64,000 nt of DNA from Ruditapes philippinarum (taxonomy: Eukaryota), in assembly GCF_026571515.1 (NCBI RefSeq), contig NW_026859564.1, positions 1 through 64,000 of the forward strand, in the 5' to 3' direction. Numbering within the stretch: position 1 is the first letter of the stretch; every line of letters begins with the position of its first letter. This document shows, one piece after another, positions 13,008 to 24,430 of the stretch. The position numbers were made by a program, and so were the translations under genes. Under the pieces are notes generated by a model, which was not told the origin of the DNA, made no database searches, and saw only the letters and a program-made list of their open reading frames with translations.

Positions 13008-15646
13008 AAACTCAGTAAATAGTTTAAATCTAAATGTGTGTTATTCTATATTATCTTATCCTATTCAAAATAATAGCACATTAATCAGTATATGTTTGTT
13101 AATACTCGCGGTGTTTAATGCTTGAAAATTGTTGCTGTTGTTCAAAACGATGTACCGGAAGTTAATACGTGTTCATTAAATATTGTTACCGACAGTGTGC
13201 CATCGATAAAATATTTTCTCATGATGGTCCATTTCCATTCTCCTGAACCTCAACAAAGTTTCTTTGAAATATATAACCATCCGTGGTTAAGTACCCAACA
13301 CTTAAAGATGACAAAGCCAATTTAGATTTTCTTTCTAATTGCGCATACGTCGCGTTAAACTTTGTTTTCTTTTTATATATGGGTGTTTGGCATCCGTTTC
13401 ATTTTGTGTGTGACGTGTGTACGTGCGCGCGTGCGTGCGTGCGTATGTGTCAGAGCAATTATTATTTATTATTTATGTTGTTAGGCGCTTTAAAGAGATA
13501 TTTTGGCAAATTAATGTCAAAAATATTATAATGATATTTTGTACACGATAAGTCCCAGTATGAATGAATTTCTTTATACATTCTATATATTTTTGGTTTG
13601 TAGCGGAAATACATCTATATTATATTGAACGAAATTTATACGCCGTCAAAATTACTAGGTATGTTTAAAAGAAATCATGTGATTTGAACAAACCCTGCAA
13701 TATACAATTACAGATATTGTTTATATTGTATGATCGAAACAAGAAGTCTAGGTCATTCATTTCAGATATTCTTTTACGTTTCCAGAGAACACTGTGACAC
13801 CTATTGTGTAATCGAAACGCTCTAAAAAATCGGAAACCACCAGTTTATTTCTTATAAGGAGAAAAGTTTTGTTCCTGTGACTACCTGCTGTATTTATTTT
13901 GAGGACATTAACAGAATAAAGAATGAAAAAAAATAAAGATACAATGAGTGTTACGAAATAAGTAATTGGTTTAACACATAAAGATGTAAAAAAAAATTGT
14001 AAATTATTGATTTTAAGTGAAGCATCACACAGATATCAAGTCCAACAAACACCAGGTAAGAGATGCTGATAATGCCCGAAAACTTACACGAAGATACGGT
14101 GAAAAGAAACAACCTATATCCGAAAATCAGCATTTCTCTTTCAAAAGCTTAAAATAATGTATAAATTCAAAATTTTGGAAAGTTTAATATCATGTTTGCC
14201 TCTCAATATGGAACTTAGTTATACTTGTAAATACAACGAATTATTTTTTAAAGTCTCATAACAATGTTTTTACGAATACATTTATTAATGTTCTTTAAGG
14301 TACCCAGTTATTGTAATCACCTACGCATCAACCCTACTAGTTACATCTGCGGGTATTTTATATATTTTTTTTTTCTGTCCGATGTTTTATCATTTATGTT
14401 TTGTTTTACTATGCTTGCAAGCAGTAAATAATTATTTTACACACGGCTGTCATGTTACCAGTGTTACATCGTAGTTTATGTTGAGCAGTATACTGGCATA
14501 CGGTAGCTTGTAGCATAACACAAAAATAGATTTTTAAACCTGTGTTTTCATCTTTTCGGAGTTTTAGATAATAGAAATAAATATATTGGAGCAACGAAAA
14601 TGGTTTTGACAATTTCAGGTAAGATATTGCTCTGTGCTCTCTCTCTTATTATCACGTTTCTTATGTATTTGTTTGCTTTTATTGAATCGACTAATGTTTG
14701 TTTGTATCGCAATTATCTCTATAGCAAATACACTACCGGCAATTGAAATGGCGCCTACCTACGTTTGCGAAATGTACTGAAATTACACTCTGTTAAATTA
14801 AATATAACAAACTTACCATGGGGTAAATGTTTCATCATAAACCTTAAGGAATGCTAAATTTCAAAGATAATGCATACTGAATGTAAACATCAATTGACTA
14901 TTCAATAATTACTCTTTGACTATATAACTTTATTAACAGTTTCGGCTTGACATAATCAAAACTATTCTACATATTTTAAAAAAGTTATCGAAGTACTCAT
15001 TTAACATGTCGTAAGTTAACACAGTTTACTCTCGTCCTGAGTACTTAGTAGAATGAATACCTATTTGCAAATTAATGCATAAAAGTACTGTTTTAAAAGC
15101 TTAATTACAGAACCGCTTTAAAATTAGGAATCTTCTAAATAATGCTTTTAAATCAAAATTATCTAAATATTTTTAACACAACATTGTTTTGGTCTTAAAT
15201 ACATATAAAACAAAGATTAAAAGACCATAAAACAAGCATCGTTTGGCCATTGTTTATACAATTACTAGATTTTACTAGAAGGGTTACTCCGCAGTACATA
15301 TTACCATAGAGTGCATGCGCCAGAGATTTATCTCCCTTATTTAAATATCACTACTACATGACTATATCTGCCTTTTAAATGACATCATCATAGGTAGCAT
15401 ATCATGATAACATACCAATAACTATAGTAAAATGACGAATGTTTCACTATCGCGTACCTTCTTTTGTAACGTTAGTATATTCACTATGTTTAGGTTTTCA
15501 AGAATAGTTTGAACTCTATGTAGTTGATTCTATTCTCTATCATCATGACTTTTCGGACAAAATCAATATGCCTAGTCAATGATTCGATAACTTATAAGTA
15601 TACAGTAAGTATTTCCTTTCCTTTCCAAGAAGAAGACATGTAGTGA

Positions 15647-15916
15647 GAAATATTATACTTGCATTTGACATATTTCTAGCATCCTTGAAAAGTTTTGTTG
15701 TGGTTTACCTGAATGTATGGTCCAACAGATTCGCTAGACCAGATGTATGCTACAAGATCTGTCAGTGCTCGGCAACTGATTTTTTTTCATTCTTTTTACT
15801 AATTCACTTATATGATATTGGTTGTTTATAACATAAAATGTGAAACCGTTTTTATGAGTGAAATTAAAAATTAATTTCAATAAATTAAAACAAGTAAAGT
15901 CGCTTGATAAATTATT
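15647..15916 (+). repeat. DIRS element 5' direct repeat
   Basis: GAAATATTATACTTGC...GATAAATTATT; by eye identical to 20084-20354 except one T in a homopolymer. Confidence 0.93.
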
Positions 15917-15980
15917 CAGCTTTGGACAGTCAGACTGACCTGTACACTTATTTTAAAACCGGTTTTGTTTACAACGTGTT

Positions 15981-16745
15981 ATGGCTTCGGGCGATGAAAC
16001 TAACAGTTCCAGTATGAATAATACAGGTATACATGAACAATTAAATGTGATATTGTCGGAGCTTTCCAGTTTGAAGAAAGAAGTACACAATAACAACGTT
16101 TCTGTTTCTTCAGAAGTAAAACATTTAAAAGCTGAACAGGAGATAAAGTGGAAGTTCGAAGGTAATAAGCAGCAGTATTGTTTCAACAGTGAACTTGCGG
16201 ACATTGTTAAGCAGGCCTCGTGGGCTATTGAACACGGCAAATTTGAATATTGTGGTGACCAGCTGAAAGAGTTGGCTGAGAAGTTGCACGTTAGAAATAA
16301 AGACATAAGGATAGCAGATAGTTCCCCTGCTGGGTGGGATACGGTGCGTCAGTATAAGTGCAATCCTGTAGCTAGCGATAGCGACGATGAAGCCAAGATC
16401 AATAAAGCGGAAAATCGTGCACTTAAACGTAAACGTTCTTCCACTAAAGGGCGTGGCGCACGTGACATTGTGCGTCCTGTTGGTCCTAGTTTTCAGCAGC
16501 CATATTCTTCAGTACAAAGCGGGATGTCGGGCCGGGGACGTAATTTTCGTCCCTCATTTGCTCCAGTCTTGCCATACGGATACGGCTCCAACTTCGCTTA
16601 TGGTACCGGAAGCGGCTTCCACGGCGGCCCTGTCACCCCAGGGCCATGTTTTCATTGCGGAGAGAACACCCACTTCCGAAGAGATTGTCCACGAGCGCAG
16701 TCATCAGCAACTTCCGGTTTCGGACAAGCCACAGCAAGGAAGTAG
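15981..16745 (+). CDS. gag: DIRS gag-like protein
   Basis: 254-aa ORF with FKFEGNKQQY-like and IRIADSSPAGWDTV.QY...PVASDSDDE motifs, plus zinc knuckle CFHCGENTHFRRDC. Confidence 0.85.
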   Translation: MASGDETNSSSMNNTGIHEQLNVILSELSSLKKEVHNNNVSVSSEVKHLKAEQEIKWKFEGNKQQYCFNSELADIVKQASWAIEHGKFEYCGDQLKELAEKLHVRNKDIRIADSSPAGWDTVRQYKCNPVASDSDDEAKINKAENRALKRKRSSTKGRGARDIVRPVGPSFQQPYSSVQSGMSGRGRNFRPSFAPVLPYGYGSNFAYGTGSGFHGGPVTPGPCFHCGENTHFRRDCPRAQSSATSGFGQATARK

Positions 16746-18758
16746 TTGTCAAGATACAGACATTTCTATGAAAGATGAGTATGATTGTTCACGGTTTACA
16801 CATAAATATCATGAATATGAACAAGGTCAAAAGAATATTATTGTTAAGGGCAGATTAAAAAGTCATATTGATTTTTGGAAGAAAATTGGTTGTAATGATT
16901 TCATATTAGATATTATTGACAAAGGATATAAGATTCCATTGTATTCTCAACCAGTTAATGTTATTTGCAAAAATAATAAATCAGCATTATTAGAGCAAGA
17001 TTTTGTCTCTGAGGCGATAAATGATTTACTTGATAGACATTTGATAAAAAAAATGTTCGAAAATTCCCTATGTAGTTAACCCTCTTACCGTATCAGTTCA
17101 AAATTCAGGTAAAAAACGTCTTATACTTGACCTGAGAGAGGTTAACAAGCACCTGTGGAAGCAAAGTGTTAAATATGAAGATATAAAAATTGCTCTTTCC
17201 TTAATTAAAAAAGGGTGTTTTATGATAAAATTTGATTTAACAAGTGCATATCATTTTGTTCAAATATTTGAACCGCATACAGAGTATTTGGGTTTTAGTT
17301 GGAAAGACCAAGATGACAATGTCATATATTATAAGTTTTTAGTACTTCCTTTTGGTTTATCGTCTGCCTGTTATTTGTTCACGAAATTGTGTAGGCCTCT
17401 GATAAATAAGTGGCGTGGAGAAGGATTGCTTGTTACAATGTTTTTAGATGATGGATTAGGGTGCGCGTATTCATTTGATAATACTGTGAGGTTAAGTCAT
17501 ATTATAAAAACAGATTTACTTAATTCGGGTTTCGTACCTAATGCTACCAAATGTATATGGGAACCTGTACAGATATTAGAGTATCTTGTGTGTGATTTGA
17601 ATACAATCAATGGTACTATTTCCATTCCCGATCGTAGATTGTTAAAAGCACAAGAAACTATTGATTTTTTGATTGGCCTCATTAACAAGAAGGTTTAAGT
17701 TCAAGTAAGAAAAGTTGCTAGTGCAGTTGGTCAGTTTATTTCTATGGCGACAGTCATTGGCCATATATCTCAAATTATGACTAGATATTTAACTTTAGAT
17801 GTATTAAATGCACGGTATTGGGATGAGCGCATTTCACTCAGTGCAGAAAGTTATGAACAGCTTTTATTCTGGAAAGGTTACTTGTCGTGTATAGACAAGA
17901 AAGATCTTGAACGATCTCATATCTGTACTAAAGTAGTGTATTCTGATGCAAGTGACACAGTTTACGCTGGGTATTAGGTTAATACCTTAAATGGGGGTAT
18001 CCCATGGCGTCTGGTCAGAAACAGAACGCACCAAATCTTCCACTTGGAGGGAATTGGTTGCTGTCTACAGAGTATTGTTGGCTCTAGGACATTTCCTTAA
18101 AAGTCAATGTGTTAAGTGGTTTACTGATAATCAAGGGGTTAAGGCTATTGTTTTAAAGGGTTCTATGAAGCAAGAACTGCAAGAAATTGCTTATGCAATT
18201 TTTCAGTATTGCATGAAGAATGCTATTTCCTTAGAAGTAGAGTGGGTCCCCAGAACACAAAATGAAAAGGCAGATTTTTTATCGAGGTTGTCTGATTTTG
18301 ATGACTGGGGAATTTCGTTTGATATATTACAAATGATAACTGATCGTTTCGGTCAATTAGATGTTGATTGGTTTGCGTCATATTACAATGCTAAACTGAC
18401 TAAGTTTTATTCAAGATTTTGGAACCCAGATTGTTTTGGGATCGACGCTTTTTCGGAAAGCTGGGAAGGGCAGTTTGGGTTATTTGTACCTCCTATATCT
18501 GTTATTCATAGAGTAATTATGAAATTGGCTTGTGATCATGCACATGGAGTATTAGTTATTCCTTGTTGGAAGTCCGCCTTATTTTGGCCGTTTATATGCC
18601 CGAATGGGTGTTTCATAAAAGAAGTTGTAGATTGGTTTGATTTACCTACGGAAAGACATTTTTATATTAAGTGTAAAAATGGAAAAGGTATCTTTGGAAA
18701 TACCGATTTAAAATTTAGAATGTTAGCTTTAAAATTACAGTTTACTCAAGGGAAATAA
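16740..18758 (+). pseudogene. pol: DIRS pol (RT, RNase H, Dam-like methyltransferase), disrupted
   Basis: GRLKSHIDFW, KKRLILDLREVN, FDLTSAYH, VLPFGLSSA, FLDDG (RT). YSDAS, SSTWREL, WFTDN, EWVPRTQNEKADFLSR (RNase H). DVDWFAS..NAKL..FYSR, DAF, FVPP (MT). Frameshift in the A-run near 17050 and stops at 17696-17698 and 17975-17977. Confidence 0.9.
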
Positions 18759-18929
18759 TTAAGTTTGTATTTCTATTAAGTAATAACCGGATGGTCTCCC
18801 TTGCAAAAGAAAAATTGCGGTATCGCACATAGCAGTATAAGGGAAATAATTAAGTTTGTATTTCTATTAAGTAATAACCGGATGGTCTCCCTTGCAAAAG
18901 AAAAATTGCGGTATCGCACATAGCAGTAT
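18748..18929. repeat. 91-bp tandem duplication between pol and YR
   Basis: AAGGGAAATAATTAAG...CATAGCAGTAT at 18748 and 18839. Confidence 0.9.
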
Positions 18930-19106
18930 TGCTTTATACGGCGGGATCGCCTTTTGTATTGCTTGTTACAAGAACATAATGCTGTATAGCATTTTTTGTT
19001 ATATAAAATTACAACAATAACAAGAGATAATAATAACAATGCATAAATTTGAGTTTGCGCTGATTTATATTATTGTCATTTTTCTTTTTTACATTTATTT
19101 CTGCAG

Positions 19107-19970
19107 ATATACGCTGAAGATATTGAAGAACTGCCGGATGTTTTGGCGGGAAAAGTGGACTTGCTCCCGGACCTGTTGCGTAATTCAAGAGCACGAGGAA
19201 CGGACAAAAAGTATACTGGTGCATTTTTACGTTTTCAAAAATGGGCTCTGTGTAATGGGTTGGGGAGTAGGGATACTTTGCCTGCTAAAATACTGACAGT
19301 TGCAATTTATCTAGCATCTCTTGTTCAGACTGTAAATTCGCCAAGCCCCATCGTTTCAGCTTTTTATTCTATTAAATGGTTTCACGATATGTATGGATTA
19401 ATTTCGCCTACAGAATCAAAATTGGTTTTAAATGTTCTTGAAGCTAGTAAACGACTTCTGTCAAAGCCAGTTAAAAGGAAAGAACCTATTAATGTAGAAA
19501 TTATTAATAGTATTTATGACAGATTGTATGTAGAGTATAATATAAAAAGTCAACGAATTATCTGCGCTATTTTGATTGCATACGCAGGTTTTTTAAGAAG
19601 TTCTGAACTTTTAAAAATTCGTGTTAGAGACATAGTGTTTAATTCTACTTATATGTCTGTTTTCATTGAAAGTAGCAAGACAGATAAATACAGAGATGGG
19701 GCTTGGGTATTGATCGCAAAAACGGGTACAAAGTTATGCCCAGTTGCAAATGTTCAGAAATTAATATTGTGGGGAGAATTTCTGGATGATTATTTTCTAT
19801 TCTGTAATATAAGTGCAACAAAAACTGGATACAGAAGAAGGAAAATAAATAAGCCAATGTCGTATTCTAATCTACGAGATATTTTTATTGAAGTGTTAAA
19901 ACCTCATGTTGATAATGTTAGTAATTATTGTTTGCATTCACTACGTTCAGGAGCAGCGAGTGTCATCTGA
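19107..19970 (+). pseudogene. DIRS tyrosine recombinase, C-terminally truncated
   Basis: AGFLRSSEL (catalytic Arg), SKTDKYRDG and HSLRSGAAS (HxxR); a stop follows before the H/W and catalytic Tyr region. In-frame pyrimidine-rich AG acceptor at 19105-19106. Confidence 0.88.
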
Positions 19971-20083
19971 CTGTCTAGACGCTTACTCAAATACAGAATT
20001 TGTATTGCAACTAGTTGTTGTTTTATATTAAAACAGTTTGAGGTATAGTCATACTCTTATGTAAGGGAAGGAATGGTATAAAG

Positions 20084-20354
20084 GAAATATTATACTTGCA
20101 TTTGACATATTTCTAGCATCCTTGAAAAGTTTTGTTGTGGTTTACCTGAATGTATGGTCCAACAGATTCGCTAGACCAGATGTATGCTACAAGATCTGTC
20201 AGTGCTCGGCAACTGATTTTTTTTTCATTCTTTTTACTAATTCACTTATATGATATTGGTTGTTTATAACATAAAATGTGAAACCGTTTTTATGAGTGAA
20301 ATTAAAAATTAATTTCAATAAATTAAAACAAGTAAAGTCGCTTGATAAATTATT
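20084..20354 (+). repeat. DIRS element 3' direct repeat
   Basis: Copy of 15647-15916. Confidence 0.93.
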
Positions 20355-21269
20355 AAAATAAAATGTTAGCAAAGTAGAGTCACGCTTTATGTTGCAAAAA
20401 TTATCCCACAGATGTAAAACTTAATTCGTAACCTAAACATTTCAATTAAACAATCTACTTTTTTATTTACATTACAAGGTTCACGGGTGTCGAGTAGCAG
20501 ATCTACATTTTACATTTCATATTCAATATACACATGTTCATGTATTCTGTTTTACATCATGTACGACGATTCGATTTTTTCGTTGACATTTTTTAGGGAT
20601 TTAAAACAATTAATATCATTCAAGTAAACTATTGAAACACAAATAAAATGTCGGTCATGATATCATACTTGGTTAATACACAGAAGAGTCGTCATTTGTA
20701 AAATGTTAAATCTAAGACAAAACAGAAATTCGACGACAAATAAACGAATGAAGTGACTAACACATTAGAACATGTTTAAAGACCATTTTAGCTATGTCTA
20801 CAAATGTAATGAAAATATAAAATAAAATTTTTACCAACTTTCTTAACGACTGTCCGAAATGAAACATTCGAAAGTTTGGAATGTGATTTTCTGTAGTAGT
20901 AAAATATCATTGTTCATTAAACTTTTAATTTTAGGTCATAAAATGTGTTGAAATATCTGGGAAAAGAGTGATCCCTCGGAAGAATTAAAACAGCAAAATA
21001 ACAAGTGCAACATCCCTCACGCACCCTAGCACCGGCTTTAGCGGTACTCAATTCTCAACACTTAAAAATGCTGGATTTTATGATCCCAAAGGACCAAAAA
21101 ATATAACAACACTGAATTGAAATACGAGTCAACTTTTTACGGCTGTCACACAAAACTTGACACCTGATGTTGTGTTGTGTAATGAAGCATTGATTTTTAC
21201 CTGACAACGCTATAAGATAAGGATGCATCACTTTCTGGTAAATATATTTTACTATAAAATACGTTTGTC

Positions 21270-21538
21270 TGAAACTGTATTCCTATTTAATACTACATTG
21301 CTGGAAACATAACCTGGTGTTTAAACTACTAAACCAACCAGATTGTTGAAAAATTCGGTGATAAATCTTTTCTTAAAATCTACATGTATTTCAAGAATAA
21401 AATTGAAACTGTATTCCTATTTAATACTACATTGCTGGAAACATAACTTGGTGTTTAAACTACTAAACCAAATCAGATTGTTGAAAAATTCGGTGTAAAC
21501 TCTTTTCTTAAAATCTACATGTATTTCAAGAATAAAAT
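21270..21538. repeat. ~134-bp tandem duplication upstream of the TIR ORF
   Basis: TGAAACTGTATTCCTATTTAATAC... at 21270 and 21404. Confidence 0.9.
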
Positions 21539-21781
21539 CATTGACATATTTCTACAAAATATTTGAGACATGCTTTCCTTCAAGTAAAATAAGAATACGA
21601 ACATCTATTTTTCCTATGACAGGTTTTGTGTGAGTTTCTTTTTTTAAATATTGTACCTTTGAACAAAATAATAATAATAACTGTTTAAGAAAATTGATGG
21701 CATACTTTTCAACGTAATTTCAACGCTAAATAAATTTCTGTTATATTTCAGAGTATATTACACTTCGCAGTTGGGCTGCAA

Positions 21782-24163
21782 TTGAAGAATTTAGCAGGGA
21801 AATGTATACTAGAATTTGGAAAGTTTGTTTGCCACTTTGTTGTATTGTTTCATATTGTTTTAGACCTTAATTCGGATATAATTGTATGTCTGTTCATCAT
21901 ATCATTTAAAGTACATGAAATGCCGTATTATGGAACGTTTAATACAACGAGCTGGATTGATATATTTAGACAAATAGTTTACATCGTACTAATAGCAGTA
22001 TACTGGCCTTTGTGCTTTGGTTACGAGGGTCCTAATTTAACATCCATTTCCTTATATATAATTCTCAGCTGCGTTGAATGTTTTGGAGACAGTTGTGCTT
22101 ATCCTTTCATTAATGGATCAAATCAAAGCCATATTTTTAACAATTATCATGATATATGCACCATCATAGCTTATCTTACAAGCAAGTACATGTTTGGCTA
22201 TTATAGTTTAATTGCGTTTATATTCACTGTTTTCCACCAATATTGTCACTTGAGCTTTGTATTACCTGTCTGTAAGCAATTAGAACATGCTATTAAGGAG
22301 GCATATTTGAGTTTACAATCGTATATTGTTCTACGGCAAAGATTTTTGAAAAAGTATGGCAGAAGGAAAGTCTGCTGTTATTTTCTAATTTTTGTACTGA
22401 AAATATGTTCTATGTTGATGTTTCCAATAGGAATAATCAAAATGAACCAACAGATTTCCGTTATGTTCAGAGAATACGGTTGGCAACAGACGATAGATTT
22501 TTCAAATGAAAGTTTGTTTGATTATAGATCCACTAGCATGAACAACTATTCCCATCCATTGCTTTATAGATTTGAAAAGTGCATCCAAAACACCTGCACA
22601 ACAGCAATATCTTACAAAACAGAAGAAAGCTATTTAAGAATATGTGACATGAAGAAAGCCATATTAAACGAACATGTATTATTATCCGTTAAGGATATCA
22701 ATTGGGATAGGAGTAGTTTGTATGTTTGGACTTTTAACGATATACCCGTTTCTAAAATCAGTGAATTTAAATATGTTCAAGTGAAAAAACCACCAGATTT
22801 TTATTTGATTATAAGAAAAGTGAATACTTATGACTTTGGAACATATACACTTGTAAAACAAAGGCGTATCAATCTAAGAAATTGTGAAAATACGCCTTTT
22901 TACAGGCCGTACAAACATCTCGTACAAAGTGAGATTATATCGATAAGAGCCATAGCATGTACTCATCTCTTTGAACAGGATAGTAATTTAATCATCCATG
23001 CTTCTTTAGGAGAATTTATAAAACTGGATAATATAACCGTAGTTATGGAAAATAAAGATGGCTTCTATGAATTTCTAAGTGATTCCTTTTGGCAACGGAT
23101 TGAAAAATGCCAATGCGGTGCTTTGGCAAATTCAATATTCAAAACAGGTCAGTCAATGCAATTAAGTGATATTACGGAGCAATGGCTTGTAATAAAACTG
23201 CACATGTCATTTTGCGCCTGTCCTATCATATACAGGAACAAAAATGATATATTTTTGTACTGGCTGAATGAAATTCCCATGCATCATAAAATTTCTTTTG
23301 AACCGCTACTGACTGATCTTTTTTATCAAGAATTTCTTGACGATTATATATGGTGTGAACGTATGAACTACAGCTTAAAGACATTTTACAAATGCATTGA
23401 TACATTTCATTTTCACAAAAAACATTTTCGGAATGTAATTTTAAAACAATACGATATAATGCAACTAAAGGAATCTTCAGTCCTCTTCTGTCTTCTAATG
23501 GTCCACTGTTTGTGGTTTATGATTTGTCATTGCATTCTAGATAAATTATTATTTCATATATTTCATACACAAGTTAGAAATCTTATAAGTAATATGCATT
23601 TGTTGTCAACTAAGCCGTTTGAATTTGACATTTATCTATCCTACAGTGATGAATTTCCAAATGATAAAAGCTTCGCCGAAGATACAATTAAACATTACCT
23701 AATAAAATCCAAAGGGTACAAAGTTTGTGATTGTGAAAATGTAAAGCCCGGCCAACACAGACGTATAGCATTTGAGGAAAACATAACCAAAAGTAAATTG
23801 CTGGTTATACTTCTTTCTGCCGAATATTTAAAAAACGAGATATGTATGCAGCTGGAATATGAATATACTTTGTTATCTCTTATTGGAGCATCGAAAATAT
23901 CTAGAGACAACGTTTTAATACTTAAAATGGATACTTGTCCACGAGACGCTAGACCGTTGACTCAATTCCACGTGCTTGATTGGACTGACACGGTAAATAA
24001 CTTACGAACGGAGTCAGAAAAGAAGGAGAAACTGCACGAATGGTTGGTTCAACGTTTAAGAAAACCTGGAAAATTTAAAATGTTTTTAAATTCTTGGGTT
24101 CTGTGTCCTATCTTACGAATGATTGGCTTAGATTTGCAACCAGGGAATATTGAAAGACAATGA
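21782..24163 (+). CDS. Multi-pass membrane protein with an Ig-like ectodomain and cytoplasmic TIR domain (IL-1R/TLR-like); true start uncertain, possibly on an upstream exon
   Basis: 793-codon uninterrupted ORF with several N-terminal hydrophobic segments. Ig-like YVWTFND...YLIIRKVNTYDFGTYT (~22670-22860). TM SVLFCLLMVHCLWFMICHCIL. TIR box 1 FEFDIYLSYS (from 23618), GYKVC..., KPG, SKLLVILLSAEYL, CMQLE. AG acceptors at 21750-21751 and 21769-21770. Confidence 0.88.
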   Translation: MKNLAGKCILEFGKFVCHFVVLFHIVLDLNSDIIVCLFIISFKVHEMPYYGTFNTTSWIDIFRQIVYIVLIAVYWPLCFGYEGPNLTSISLYIILSCVECFGDSCAYPFINGSNQSHIFNNYHDICTIIAYLTSKYMFGYYSLIAFIFTVFHQYCHLSFVLPVCKQLEHAIKEAYLSLQSYIVLRQRFLKKYGRRKVCCYFLIFVLKICSMLMFPIGIIKMNQQISVMFREYGWQQTIDFSNESLFDYRSTSMNNYSHPLLYRFEKCIQNTCTTAISYKTEESYLRICDMKKAILNEHVLLSVKDINWDRSSLYVWTFNDIPVSKISEFKYVQVKKPPDFYLIIRKVNTYDFGTYTLVKQRRINLRNCENTPFYRPYKHLVQSEIISIRAIACTHLFEQDSNLIIHASLGEFIKLDNITVVMENKDGFYEFLSDSFWQRIEKCQCGALANSIFKTGQSMQLSDITEQWLVIKLHMSFCACPIIYRNKNDIFLYWLNEIPMHHKISFEPLLTDLFYQEFLDDYIWCERMNYSLKTFYKCIDTFHFHKKHFRNVILKQYDIMQLKESSVLFCLLMVHCLWFMICHCILDKLLFHIFHTQVRNLISNMHLLSTKPFEFDIYLSYSDEFPNDKSFAEDTIKHYLIKSKGYKVCDCENVKPGQHRRIAFEENITKSKLLVILLSAEYLKNEICMQLEYEYTLLSLIGASKISRDNVLILKMDTCPRDARPLTQFHVLDWTDTVNNLRTESEKKEKLHEWLVQRLRKPGKFKMFLNSWVLCPILRMIGLDLQPGNIERQ

Positions 24164-24430
24164 CAACGATGATGGTATATTTTATACTTACATGAAAACG
24201 TGCTTATTCGGGAGAATTATTTATTATGTAAGCATTGTCACTGCTTGTTGTGTAAGATAACAATTTTAATTCAACCTCTTATAAAAATATCGTTTTGTCA
24301 CTCTTGTGACAATTATGAAAACTGTTTGTAAATTTAGTATGACTGTATTATTGTATTAAGTTTTGGAATATCGGATAGTATATGATCATCTTATCAACTT
24401 ATTTAGACATATATACACCCTTATCGGTGA

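Larger units (their letters stand above)
15647..20354 (+). mobile_element. DIRS-order tyrosine-recombinase retrotransposon (direct-repeat, Ngaro/PAT-like), inactive
   Basis: Gag with CCHC knuckle, RT, RNase H, Dam-like methyltransferase domain and tyrosine recombinase, in that order, between near-identical 270/271-bp direct repeats. Confidence 0.92.

Noticed and set aside
13406-13450. Alternating purine-pyrimidine (Z-DNA-prone) tract
   Set aside because: An ordinary short GT/GC microsatellite with no supporting context.
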